Under the pieces are notes generated by a model. The model was not told the DNA's origin. It made no database searches and worked only from the letters and a program-made list of their open reading frames with translations. A DNA stretch of 60,154 nt, taken from an uncultured Bacilli bacterium. Its GTDB lineage: Bacteria > Bacillota_I > Bacilli_A > RF39 > UBA660. Made by a program: the position numbers and the translations under genes. The stretch covers positions 1 to 60,154 of the forward strand of contig CALVVR010000002.1 in NCBI GenBank assembly GCA_944363915.1. Direction: 5' to 3'. Shown here piece by piece: positions 25,305-34,790 of the stretch (position 1 is the stretch's first letter; each line of letters opens with the position of its first letter).

Positions 25305-26462
25305 CTAGCTTTCGCTCTTCTTTTCAAAATTTAAAAAATCATATTTTTCATCAAAGAAATTAATTAATTCTTTAATCGCACCAATAATTGGCGTTGATAA
25401 AATCATACCTATTATACCAAAGAAATAACCAAATACTAACAAACCTAAAATAATAGTTACTGGATTTAATTTTGTTGTTTTACTCATAATATATGGTTGT
25501 AATAAATTGCCTTCAACTGCTTGAACAACAACAATGAATATTAAAACAGCAATTCCAACTGTTGGCGATTGAGTAAGACCTACTAAAACAGCAGGAGCTC
25601 CACCAATATATGGACCGGCATAAGGAATAACATTAGTTATGGCACAAAAAACAGCAAATAATAGCGGAGCTTTTAAACCGATAATAGAAAAACCAATAGC
25701 CGTTACTACAAAAATAACACTACAATCAATTAAAGCACCATTGACAAATCTTTTTAAAGGCTTATTAACAGCATATAAACATTTTTTTGTTTCATCCCGA
25801 TATTTTTTAGGAATTAAGCTAAATAGTGTATCAGTACCTTTATCAAAATCTAATAATAAATAAAAACCGATAATTAAACCAATAGCGAAAGCACCAATTC
25901 CTGAGAATAACGATGTAATTATATTAACTAATAAATCAGGTAAAGAACTAGTTAAATTAGTAGCAATTAATTCTAATTTACTAAATATTTCGTCTTTCAT
26001 AGCTAAGGCATCAAAGTTTTCAATATTACTTAAACTATTAAAGAAATTGTCGATAAAATCTCTAGCTTTTGTAAATAAGGTAGGAATAGTCGTCGTTACA
26101 AAATCATTGACTTGTTCTGATAACAATGGAATTAAAGCTGTTAAAATTAAAACAATTATTCCTAAAAATAAAACATAACTAATAGCAGCACCTAATCCCC
26201 TTCTTATTCCTTTTTTATTTAAATATGTAACAAAAGGATCAAACAACCAAGCTACTATAATACCAATAAATAAAGGTGATAAAAGACTTAAGATTGTTAA
26301 AACAAATGGTAAAATTTGAACTTCTTTAATTAATCTAATTAAAAAATAAGCACCAATGATAATTAATAAAATAAATAATATTTTTAAAACATTATGTGAT
26401 AAAGAAACTAGATCGTTTATTTTGGTATAGTTTAATTCTTTATCTTGTTTTTTACGAAACAT
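25305..26462 (-). CDS. AI-2E family transporter (PerM/UPF0118)
   Basis: Eight-TM-type profile with the conserved C-terminal ..N.IPY.GP.IG..P......Q.....L.P.I.. pattern. AGGAGG RBS. Confidence 0.85.
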   Translation of the reverse strand: MFRKKQDKELNYTKINDLVSLSHNVLKILFILLIIIGAYFLIRLIKEVQILPFVLTILSLLSPLFIGIIVAWLFDPFVTYLNKKGIRRGLGAAISYVLFLGIIVLILTALIPLLSEQVNDFVTTTIPTLFTKARDFIDNFFNSLSNIENFDALAMKDEIFSKLELIATNLTSSLPDLLVNIITSLFSGIGAFAIGLIIGFYLLLDFDKGTDTLFSLIPKKYRDETKKCLYAVNKPLKRFVNGALIDCSVIFVVTAIGFSIIGLKAPLLFAVFCAITNVIPYAGPYIGGAPAVLVGLTQSPTVGIAVLIFIVVVQAVEGNLLQPYIMSKTTKLNPVTIILGLLVFGYFFGIIGMILSTPIIGAIKELINFFDEKYDFLNFEKKSES

Positions 26463-26474
26463 AAATATTTCCTC

Positions 26475-27017
26475 CTATACACTCAATAATTCTTTTTCTT
26501 TAACTTCTAATTTTTCATCTACTATTTTATTATATTTATTGATTAATTCTTGAATTTCATTTGTACAATATTTAATATCATCTTCTGGAATTTCTAACTT
26601 TTTAGCATCGTTATTAGCATCTTGTCTTATATTTCTCAAAGCAATTCTTATTTCTTCAGCAACAGATTTTGCTTGTTTAACATATTCTTTTCTTGTTTCT
26701 TCAGTTAAAGCTGGAATATTTAAAATAATAATTTCTCCGTTATTATTAGGCGTTAAACCGATATTAGCTTCATAAATTCCCTTTTCGATAGCTCCTAAAG
26801 AACTCTTATCAAAAGGTTTAATTGCTAATTGTCTTGCTTCAGGTATCGAAATAGTAGCTAATTGCTTTAACGGTGTAGGTGTACCATAATAATTAACTAA
26901 TACACCATCTAAAATATTAGGATTAGCTCTTCCAGCTCTAATATTTATAAATTTTTTATCCAATGATTCAATTGCACTTTCCATTCTACTTTCAGCTTCT
27001 AATAAAATATCATCCAT
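26475..27017 (-). CDS. frr: Ribosome recycling factor
   Basis: IRAGRANPNILDGV.V.YYG..TPL.Q.A.I..PE.R signature. Confidence 0.95.
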   Translation of the reverse strand: MDDILLEAESRMESAIESLDKKFINIRAGRANPNILDGVLVNYYGTPTPLKQLATISIPEARQLAIKPFDKSSLGAIEKGIYEANIGLTPNNNGEIIILNIPALTEETRKEYVKQAKSVAEEIRIALRNIRQDANNDAKKLEIPEDDIKYCTNEIQELINKYNKIVDEKLEVKEKELLSV

Positions 27018-27636
27018 AAATTTTCTCCTTTATACTTTTTATTTTTTCTTCATAATTACCACTAGTAATATAACTGCCAATAACAGCAATATCAACATCT
27101 TTTACTAAATTAATCGTTTGATCATTAATACCACCATCAACTTCAATTAAATAGTCACCTTTTAATTCTTTTAATTTTTTTATTTTATCAACACTATTTA
27201 CTATAAACTGTTGACCACCAAGCCCAGGTTCTACACTCATAACTAATACTAAATCAAGATATGGTAAATAAGGTATTATCTCTTCAATTTTAGTATTTGG
27301 TTTAATTGATAGTCCGACCTTAATATTAAATTTTTTTATATAATTAATAATATCCATAATATCTAGATTAACTTCATAATGAAATGTTATAAACTCTGGA
27401 TTAAGATTTCTATATTCATCAATGTATTTATAAACATCATAAACCATCAAATGAACATCTAATGGTTTATTATAATTAATTAAGTCTTTAATTTCTGAAA
27501 TATTCCATGTCTTATTATTAACAAACAAACCATCCATAATATCTAAGTGAAGATAATCAATATCACATTTAGTTAATAAATTAATATTTTCTTTTAAATT
27601 ATCTTTTATCGATAAAAATGAAGCTGATATTTTCAT
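27010..27636 (-). CDS. rpe: Ribulose-phosphate 3-epimerase
   Basis: HLDIMDG.F, DVHLM, MSV.PG.GGQ.F and VDGGI motifs. Confidence 0.92.
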   Translation of the reverse strand: MKISASFLSIKDNLKENINLLTKCDIDYLHLDIMDGLFVNNKTWNISEIKDLINYNKPLDVHLMVYDVYKYIDEYRNLNPEFITFHYEVNLDIMDIINYIKKFNIKVGLSIKPNTKIEEIIPYLPYLDLVLVMSVEPGLGGQQFIVNSVDKIKKLKELKGDYLIEVDGGINDQTINLVKDVDIAVIGSYITSGNYEEKIKSIKEKIYG

Positions 27637-28460
27637 ACTCTTTCCTTTCTTAAAAACTTAATATAATTTTCATAGCGACTGTTTAGAATATCTTTTCCTA
27701 ATCTTCTTTTTATCTCACAGTCATCTTCTTTATCATGCATACAATCTTTATAAGCACATTTATCACGATATAAATTAAACTCAACAAAATTATCTCTAAT
27801 ATCACTATGACTCATTCCATTTAAACTTAAACTAGAAAAGCCTGGTGTGTCAGCACACCAACCACCTAAAATAGGTAATAAACTTACATGTCTTGTTGTA
27901 TGTTTACCACGACCTAAAGCAATAGATATATCATTAGTTTGCAAGTTTAAAGAACTGTCTAAAATGTTTAATAAAGTTGATTTGCCAGCACCAGATTGGC
28001 CAGCAAAAACAGTAACTTTATTTTTAAATATTTTTTTGATATTTTCATCTCTATTTTCATAAACCGCATAACCTATTTTACGATAGTAATCTTCAATATT
28101 TTTAATTTTATTTAAATCGTCTAATAAATCTAACTTGGTAAAACAAATAACTGGTTTTATATTGTTAAATTCAATAAGACATAATAATTTATCTAATAAA
28201 TATAAATCCAAATTAGGTTCTTTAACACTAACGACAATTAAAGCTTGATCTACATTGGCAATAGGTGGTCTAATTAAACTATTTTTTCGGCTTGCAATTT
28301 GCAAAATTATTTTTTTACCTTCATCAAAAGTAACTTCGTCTCCAACCAAAGGAGTAATTTTTAAATTTCTAAATTTACCTCTTGCTCCACAAATATATTC
28401 CTTGTCAGCTAAAACAGTAAAATTATTACTTATAATTTTAATTATTTTGCCTTGCATCAT
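27633..28460 (-). CDS. rsgA: Ribosome small-subunit-dependent GTPase A
   Basis: N-terminal OB fold, circularly permuted GTPase (TKLDL, GQSGAGKSTL) and a C-terminal zinc-binding Cys/His cluster. Confidence 0.9.
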   Translation of the reverse strand: MMQGKIIKIISNNFTVLADKEYICGARGKFRNLKITPLVGDEVTFDEGKKIILQIASRKNSLIRPPIANVDQALIVVSVKEPNLDLYLLDKLLCLIEFNNIKPVICFTKLDLLDDLNKIKNIEDYYRKIGYAVYENRDENIKKIFKNKVTVFAGQSGAGKSTLLNILDSSLNLQTNDISIALGRGKHTTRHVSLLPILGGWCADTPGFSSLSLNGMSHSDIRDNFVEFNLYRDKCAYKDCMHDKEDDCEIKRRLGKDILNSRYENYIKFLRKERV

Positions 28461-30190
28461 TCAACCGTTTCTGGAACTTCTGGAGTTGTTGGTTGTTCTG
28501 AAGGTGTTTTTTGAGTTACAGTAATAGTTAAAGTAGAACCAGCGATAACTTCACCAGTACGATTTTGACTAATTATTGTTCCTTCAGGATATTCATCACT
28601 AATTTGATAATCAATTTCTAAATTTACATCATTTTCTTCGCAGAATTCCCGAACAGCTTCAAGCGTGTAGTTTTCAGCAAAAAAGTCTGGATATTCAACA
28701 GTAAATACAGCATAGTATAAAATAATTGTATCACCTGGATCTAAAGATGTTCCCTCTTTAGCACTTTGTTCGATAATATCAAATTCATCATATTGATAAT
28801 TATCTTGATCATCTTTAGATATTTTTCTTGGTTCAACAATAACATTTAATCCAGCATTTTTTAAATTAGCTTCGACAGTTTTATAAGTCATTCCTACATA
28901 ATTTTCTAAAGTTACTTTGCCACTTTCTTTAGCGACAATGATTGTTACTTCCGTTCCTTCTTTAACAGTTCTACCAACTTGTGGATTAGTACCAACCACT
29001 TTACCAGGTTCGATTTCATCATTTTCTTTTTCTTCAACATCGCTGGCTACCAATAAGCCAGCTGCTTTCAATTGTGCTTCTGCTTCAGGAACTGTTAAAT
29101 TACTAACATCAGGAATAGTTACATCAGGTACAGCCACTAATTTAGGATAGATTATTAAAAACAAGCAGATTAAAGCTACTAAAACTGCACAAATGCCACC
29201 AGTTATCCACAAGACTTTATCCTTGATACTTTTTTTCTTTTTAACTTTTGGCACTTCTTCTTCCTCCTTCTGATTCTTTTCCAAACGACTTAAATTAGGC
29301 ATAACTTTAGTTTCTTCTAAGTCATGTTCTGGATATTTATAAACTAATTTTTTCTGATTCATTTCATCTTCATTTAAGGCTTTTACAACATCTTCATACA
29401 TTTCTTTAACTGAATCATAACGATTTTTAGGATTTTTTGCGCAAGCTTTTAAAATAATATTCTCAATTGATTGTGGTATATCAGGATTTTGTTTACAAAC
29501 AGATGGAATTGGTTCTTTCATTTGTTTGATCGCAATTTCTACAGCACTATCTCCTTTAAATGGTACTTTACCAGTTAATAATTCATACATCAAAATACCT
29601 AGAGAATAAATATCTGATTTAATAGTTGAACCACTGCCATTAGCTTGCTCCGGCGGTAGATAATGGACTGATCCCATAACAGAATTAGTTTGCGTTAATT
29701 CATTACTATTTAAAGCCATGGCAATTCCGAAATCCATTATTTTAACTTTGCCATCTTCTAAAATCATGACATTTTGTGGTTTGATATCACGGTGGATAAT
29801 ATAACTATCATGAGCGCACATAACAGCACTTAATAATTGCGTCATAATATCAATAACTTCAGGCAAAGTTAAAGCACCACGTTTTTTAACTAAACTTTTT
29901 AGTGTTTTACCATTAACATATTCCATAACAATATAATATTGACCATTATCTTCACCAACATCATATACTTCAACAATATTAGGGTGATTTAATTTACTAG
30001 CCGATAAAGCTTCTCTTTGGAAACGTCTAACAAATTTCTCATCATCAGCTAAATCACCTCTTAATATTTTAACAGCTACATATCTATTTAAAATCGTATC
30101 TTGCGCTAAATAAACATTAGCCATTCCTCCTTCACCAATCGTTTTTATAATCTGATATCGACCATTTATTTTATCCCCTTTTGTAATCAT
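28457..30190 (-). CDS. prkC: Ser/Thr protein kinase with PASTA repeats (PrkC/PknB type)
   Basis: Hanks kinase motifs (GEGGMA.VY, VAVK, HRDIKPQN, DFG), one TM helix, and repeated extracellular PASTA-like segments. Confidence 0.9.
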   Translation of the reverse strand: MITKGDKINGRYQIIKTIGEGGMANVYLAQDTILNRYVAVKILRGDLADDEKFVRRFQREALSASKLNHPNIVEVYDVGEDNGQYYIVMEYVNGKTLKSLVKKRGALTLPEVIDIMTQLLSAVMCAHDSYIIHRDIKPQNVMILEDGKVKIMDFGIAMALNSNELTQTNSVMGSVHYLPPEQANGSGSTIKSDIYSLGILMYELLTGKVPFKGDSAVEIAIKQMKEPIPSVCKQNPDIPQSIENIILKACAKNPKNRYDSVKEMYEDVVKALNEDEMNQKKLVYKYPEHDLEETKVMPNLSRLEKNQKEEEEVPKVKKKKSIKDKVLWITGGICAVLVALICLFLIIYPKLVAVPDVTIPDVSNLTVPEAEAQLKAAGLLVASDVEEKENDEIEPGKVVGTNPQVGRTVKEGTEVTIIVAKESGKVTLENYVGMTYKTVEANLKNAGLNVIVEPRKISKDDQDNYQYDEFDIIEQSAKEGTSLDPGDTIILYYAVFTVEYPDFFAENYTLEAVREFCEENDVNLEIDYQISDEYPEGTIISQNRTGEVIAGSTLTITVTQKTPSEQPTTPEVPETVE

Positions 30191-30927
30191 CTTTTTACAC
30201 CATCCTTTAAATAAGCAATAGAAATATTATCAGTTCCCCCACGATTATTACATTTGACAATTAATTTTTTTAATCTATCTTCAACACTAATATCTTCATC
30301 AACTAATACTTTAGCAATTTGTTCATCATCTAACATATTAGTAAGGCCATCACTACATAGTAAAATACCATCGACCTCTCTTTCAACATCGAATATATCC
30401 ATCTCGACAGTATTAGTTGCCCCTAAAGCACGCATTAAAACATTTTTTCTCGGATGATCCTTTGCCTCTTCTTCTGTCAACTCGCCAGATCTAACTAATA
30501 AACTAACTAAAGTATGATCGGTAGTTATTTTATGAAGTTTATTTTTTCTTAAAACATAACCTGAAGAATCACCAATATTACCAAATAATAAGAATTCATC
30601 AGTCACTAAAGCTAGTACTATCGTAGTTCCCATACCAGAGCTTTCTTTATGTTCACTTGTATATTTATATAATAAAACATTAGCTTCACTAACTATTTCT
30701 TTAATGAAACTGATCGCATCTTCTTTAGTTCCAACTGAACTGGTTTTCCTAAATCTATCACCAATGTGAGAAATAGCAATGCTAGAAGCAATTTCACCGC
30801 CAGTATGTCCTCCCATCCCATCAGCAACAGCTAATAAAACTTCACCAATCTCGTTTTTAACAATAATGACACTATCTTCGTTGTGATCTCTTACTTTACC
30901 TGGATCTGTCAAATATGCATATTCCAT
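30187..30927 (-). CDS. prpC: PP2C-family Ser/Thr phosphatase
   Basis: R..NED, DGMGGH, LLCSDGL and DN motifs. Overlaps prkC. Confidence 0.9.
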   Translation of the reverse strand: MEYAYLTDPGKVRDHNEDSVIIVKNEIGEVLLAVADGMGGHTGGEIASSIAISHIGDRFRKTSSVGTKEDAISFIKEIVSEANVLLYKYTSEHKESSGMGTTIVLALVTDEFLLFGNIGDSSGYVLRKNKLHKITTDHTLVSLLVRSGELTEEEAKDHPRKNVLMRALGATNTVEMDIFDVEREVDGILLCSDGLTNMLDDEQIAKVLVDEDISVEDRLKKLIVKCNNRGGTDNISIAYLKDGVKR

Positions 30928-31949
30928 TATAATTCCTCCTTGTAATTAGCTCTTAGTTGACCACAAGCAGCACTTACTTTTTTACCAAATTCACGTCTAA
31001 TTGTCACTCCTATATTGTTTTTCTTCAAAATATCATAAAAATCTAAAATTGTTTCTTGATTACTTTTTTTAAATTCAATATGGCTAGTTTCATTATAAGG
31101 AATTAAATTAACGTAACAATTCATTCCTTTTAAAAGTTTAGCTAATTCTAGAGCATTTTCTTTTTTATCATTAATGCCTTTCAATAAAATATATTCAAAT
31201 GTTACTCTTCTATTAGTTTCTTTGATATATTCTTTGATAACGCTGATTAAATCATCTAATTTATATACTTTATTAATAGGCATTAGTTTATTTCTTAATT
31301 TGTCATTTGAAGCATGAAGACTAATAGCTAAATTAACTTGTTTTCCATCTTTAATAAATTCTTTAATTTTGGGTATTATTCCACAAGTAGAAACAGTAAT
31401 ATGGCGACTACCTAAAGATATACCTTTAGGATTATTAATTATATCGATAAATTTGATAACATTGTCATAATTATCAAATGGTTCACCAATTCCCATTAAA
31501 ACCAAATGGGAAATACGGATATTTAATTCTTGTTCAATTTTTAATAGTTGCAAAACCATCTCGCCTGTTTCTAAATTACGAATTTTTTTTAGTTTTCCAC
31601 TTTCGCAAAATTTGCACCCCATATTGCAACCGACTTGACTAGAAACACATAAACTATTACCGTAGTCATGTTTCATCAAAACAGCTTCAATCCTATTGCC
31701 ATCTTTTAGTTCAAATAAAAATTTACAAACATCAATATCTTCCTGTTTGGTTAAAAGTTTTAGATCTTCAAACTTAAAATCTTGTTTTAAGTAATTAATT
31801 ACTTCCTTTTTGATATTAGTCATTTCATCAAAAGACGTAATTCTTTTTTGATATAACCATTCAAAGACCTGAGTTGCTTTAAATTTTTTTTCATTTTTAT
31901 TTAGAAAATAATCTTCTAATTGTTTTATTGTATAGTTATATATATTCAT
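30927..31949 (-). CDS. rlmN: 23S rRNA/tRNA (adenine-C2) methyltransferase RlmN (radical SAM)
   Basis: CVSSQVGCNMGCKFC, MGIGEP and C-terminal ..AACGQL motifs. ATG at 31949. Confidence 0.92.
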   Translation of the reverse strand: MNIYNYTIKQLEDYFLNKNEKKFKATQVFEWLYQKRITSFDEMTNIKKEVINYLKQDFKFEDLKLLTKQEDIDVCKFLFELKDGNRIEAVLMKHDYGNSLCVSSQVGCNMGCKFCESGKLKKIRNLETGEMVLQLLKIEQELNIRISHLVLMGIGEPFDNYDNVIKFIDIINNPKGISLGSRHITVSTCGIIPKIKEFIKDGKQVNLAISLHASNDKLRNKLMPINKVYKLDDLISVIKEYIKETNRRVTFEYILLKGINDKKENALELAKLLKGMNCYVNLIPYNETSHIEFKKSNQETILDFYDILKKNNIGVTIRREFGKKVSAACGQLRANYKEEL

Positions 31950-32098
31950 ACTTACACCTATAACCATTATATCATAAGTATTAATAAATTTAACTAATTT
32001 TTATTGTTATTATAATTGCTAGAAAAAAAACTACCGTAAAGTAGTTGTTAAATTAAATTGTTTGGTTGTTAAAATGATAAATATTTAATTTAATATAA

Positions 32099-32317
32099 TT
32101 ATTCAGAAGCTTTTAGCTCTTCTAAAAATATTTTATCAGGTTTTGTTTTTAAAATTTTAGCAATTTGAAAAGCCATTTTGTAAGTTAAACTTCTTTGCTT
32201 ATTTTCAATCTGCCAATAATAACATTTACTAATATGTAATTTATCGGCCATTTTTTGATAAGTATATCCATGCTCAACTCTTAGCTCTTGTAACTTTTTA
32301 AAATAATCTTTTTCCAT
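32099..32317 (-). CDS. XRE-family HTH transcriptional regulator (Cro/CI-like, 72 aa)
   Basis: HTH_3 pattern (G.T...MA..L.IS...Y..IEN..R). Paralog of the 69-aa protein at 51191-51400. Confidence 0.8.
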   Translation of the reverse strand: MEKDYFKKLQELRVEHGYTYQKMADKLHISKCYYWQIENKQRSLTYKMAFQIAKILKTKPDKIFLEELKASE

Positions 32318-32427
32318 AAATTGTTTCCCTTTCTTTATATCATTTTAACATATTTTTGCCATAAAGTACATACATTAAATGTAGTTGTTCTCTATTTGTT
32401 TATGAGAAGATTTAATTAGGTGAAGTT

Positions 32428-32670
32428 ATGAGAATAAATAAAGATGACAACAAATACATATATGTAATTGTCGGTCGTAATATTAGAAGAATTAGAAAAT
32501 TGAAAAATCTTACACAAGTACAATTAGCTGATCTAGTCCAATATAGTGAAGGAACGATTGCTAATATTGAAAATAGTAGCTATCAAACTTTTAGTTTAGA
32601 GTTTGTTTATATTCTATCTAAAAAGTTAAATGTCCCAATTGTGGAATTTTTTAAAGACATTGATGAATAA
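32428..32670 (+). CDS. XRE-family HTH transcriptional regulator (80 aa)
   Basis: IRRIRKLKNLTQVQLADLV..S.GTIANIEN HTH_3 pattern. Divergent from 32099-32317. Confidence 0.8.
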   Translation: MRINKDDNKYIYVIVGRNIRRIRKLKNLTQVQLADLVQYSEGTIANIENSSYQTFSLEFVYILSKKLNVPIVEFFKDIDE

Positions 32671-32679
32671 TGTCTTTTT

Positions 32680-34218
32680 TTACATCAATGGGGCAAATAA
32701 GCGAAGAACTGCCCTTTTTAAACTTCTAAAAAAACTAACTTTTGTATCACTAATTAAAATTGGTTTTGAAATATTAATTGTTTCTTCTATATCTTTTTTG
32801 ATATCTTTAACACAATCAGTTTTATACATTAATACGCCACATTCGAAATGTAAATATAAACTACGATAGTCTAAATTAATAGTTCCAATTGTGGCTATTT
32901 TATCATCAACTAAAAATGTTTTAGCGTGAATAAAGCCTTTAGAATATTCATAAATTTTAACACCATTTTCTAATAAATTATTATAATATGCTTTAGTAAC
33001 TTCATTAATTATTTTTTTATCAGGAACTCCTGGAGTAATAATTCTTACATCAATACCGCTTTTAGCAGCGACACATAAAGCATTTTCTAATTCATCATCA
33101 ATAATTAAATATGGAGTCGTAATATATATATATTTTTCAGCTTTATTTATTAAATTTAAATAAACAGTTTGACCAACTCTTTCATCATCTAATGGATTAT
33201 CATCATAAGGTTGAACAAATCCTTTTGATTTTATTTTTTCTATTTTAGGCTTAAAATAATCAAAGTTTTCATACTTTTTGTGAATATAATCCCATAAAGA
33301 TAAGAAAATAACTGTAAAATTCCAAACTGCATCGCCTTTAATTAAAACTCCATTATCTTTCCAATGTCCAAATCGTTTGATTGAATTAATATATTCATCA
33401 GCTAAATTAATTCCACCAGTAAAGGCAACTTTGCCATCAATAACTGTGATTTTTCGGTGATCACGATTATTTAGTTTTGCGGTTAAGACAGGAATGAATT
33501 TATTAAAAGAACAAGCTTTAATCCCATATTTATTTAATTTTTCATAATATTTATTAGGTAATGTCACAATACATCCCATATCGTCATAAACAACTCTAAC
33601 ATCAACGCCATCTTTAGCTTTTTGTTTTAAGATTTCTAATATTTCATTCCAAAATTTACCTTCATGAATAATAAAATATTGCATAAAAATATATTTTTGT
33701 GCTTTTTTTAATTCTTCAATCAAACGTTGATAATAAACCTCACCAATTTTTAAATATTCGGTATAAGTATTTTCATAAATTGGATAATAAGCATTCCGAT
33801 ATATATAGTTAGCTTGATTATAAAAATTAATATCGCATTTTTTTATTTTATTTAATATTTTTTTATCTTGCTTTAAATTATTTTTTATATTTTCTTTGTT
33901 TTTTACTAATTTTTTATCTTTATTATTTAATTTATTTCCAAAGATTAAATACATTAAAGTTCCAAAGATAGGAATAGTTAAAACAGGAATAATCCAAGCA
34001 ATTTTATAATTAGGATTAGCGTTACCATTAATTATTTTTATTAAAACTAATATTCCTAAAACAAAGAATAAAATATAACAATATAACCCATAATCTTCAA
34101 ATTTATTAATAGCTAAAACTAAAATGACTAACTGAAAAGCTAATAACACACCTACAATAAAAATCCGGTGTGTTATAAAATTAAGGATTTTTTTTAACAT
34201 ACTACTCACCATAAACAT
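32680..34218 (-). CDS. cls: Cardiolipin synthase
   Basis: Two N-terminal TM helices and two HKD motifs (HRKITVIDG, HAKTFLVDD). The start may be the ATG at 34200 (GGTGAG upstream). Confidence 0.9.
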   Translation of the reverse strand: MFMVSSMLKKILNFITHRIFIVGVLLAFQLVILVLAINKFEDYGLYCYILFFVLGILVLIKIINGNANPNYKIAWIIPVLTIPIFGTLMYLIFGNKLNNKDKKLVKNKENIKNNLKQDKKILNKIKKCDINFYNQANYIYRNAYYPIYENTYTEYLKIGEVYYQRLIEELKKAQKYIFMQYFIIHEGKFWNEILEILKQKAKDGVDVRVVYDDMGCIVTLPNKYYEKLNKYGIKACSFNKFIPVLTAKLNNRDHRKITVIDGKVAFTGGINLADEYINSIKRFGHWKDNGVLIKGDAVWNFTVIFLSLWDYIHKKYENFDYFKPKIEKIKSKGFVQPYDDNPLDDERVGQTVYLNLINKAEKYIYITTPYLIIDDELENALCVAAKSGIDVRIITPGVPDKKIINEVTKAYYNNLLENGVKIYEYSKGFIHAKTFLVDDKIATIGTINLDYRSLYLHFECGVLMYKTDCVKDIKKDIEETINISKPILISDTKVSFFRSLKRAVLRLFAPLM

Positions 34219-34243
34219 TTTATCATATATTAACTATAAAATG

Positions 34244-34270
34244 AAGAAAAAAGAGTTCGATTTCGAACTC
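34244..34270 (-). terminator. Intrinsic terminator after secG
   Basis: GAGTTCGA-AA-TCGAACTC hairpin followed by TTTTTT on the minus strand. Confidence 0.6.
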
Positions 34271-34485
34271 TAAAATCCAATAACTAAACAGATGATAAAG
34301 AACAATAAACCTAATACCATTGTTAATCTGGTAATAAATAATTCTCCACCACGTTCTTTTCTATTAGCAAATAAAGCATCGCTGCCACCAGTTATTACAT
34401 TAGAAGCACTTTCGGCTTTACCTGCTTGTAATAAAACTATAGAAATTAATAAAATCGAAACGATTATTAATAAAATTTGCAACAT
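34270..34485 (-). CDS. secG: Preprotein translocase subunit SecG
   Basis: Two TM helices flanking LLQ.GK......I.GG......... ATG at 34485 after GAGGAGG. Confidence 0.85.
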   Translation of the reverse strand: MLQILLIIVSILLISIVLLQAGKAESASNVITGGSDALFANRKERGGELFITRLTMVLGLLFFIICLVIGF

Positions 34486-34639
34486 TTTTAAACTTTCCTC
34501 CTCGAACGAGTTATATTGTATCATAAATTTATAAATAATGCAAATCGTAAAAAATCCCTTTATTTATATCGATTTATGACTTATTATAGTATATTCAACT
34601 AACTAAAAAATGATTATTTAAGTATCTATTCAAAAATAG

Positions 34640-34668
34640 TTGCCTATTTTTAATAAACGTGTTATAAT
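34640..34668 (+). promoter_or_regulatory. Sigma-A-type promoter for tRNA-Lys
   Basis: TTGCCT, 17-nt spacer, TATAAT with an upstream TGn extension. Lies about 8 nt before the tRNA 5' end. Confidence 0.6.
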
Positions 34669-34676
34669 TTAGTTAC

Positions 34677-34752
34677 GTCTCGTTAGCTCAGTTGGTAGAG
34701 CAACAGACTCTTAATCTGTGGGTCTAGGGTTCGAGCCCCTAACGGGACACCA
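34677..34752 (+). tRNA. tRNA-Lys (anticodon CUU), CCA encoded
   Basis: Acceptor GTCTCGT/ACGGGAC, D arm GCTCAGTTGGTAGAGC, anticodon loop CTCTTAA, T arm GGGTTCGAGCCCC, then ACCA. Confidence 0.93.
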
Positions 34753-34764
34753 TTTATAGCAATA

Positions 34765-34790
34765 AAATCCTTTAATAATAAGGATTTTTT
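34765..34790. terminator. Bidirectional terminator (tRNA-Lys / nagZ)
   Basis: AAATCCTT-loop-AAGGATTT hairpin flanked by A- and T-runs. Confidence 0.6.
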
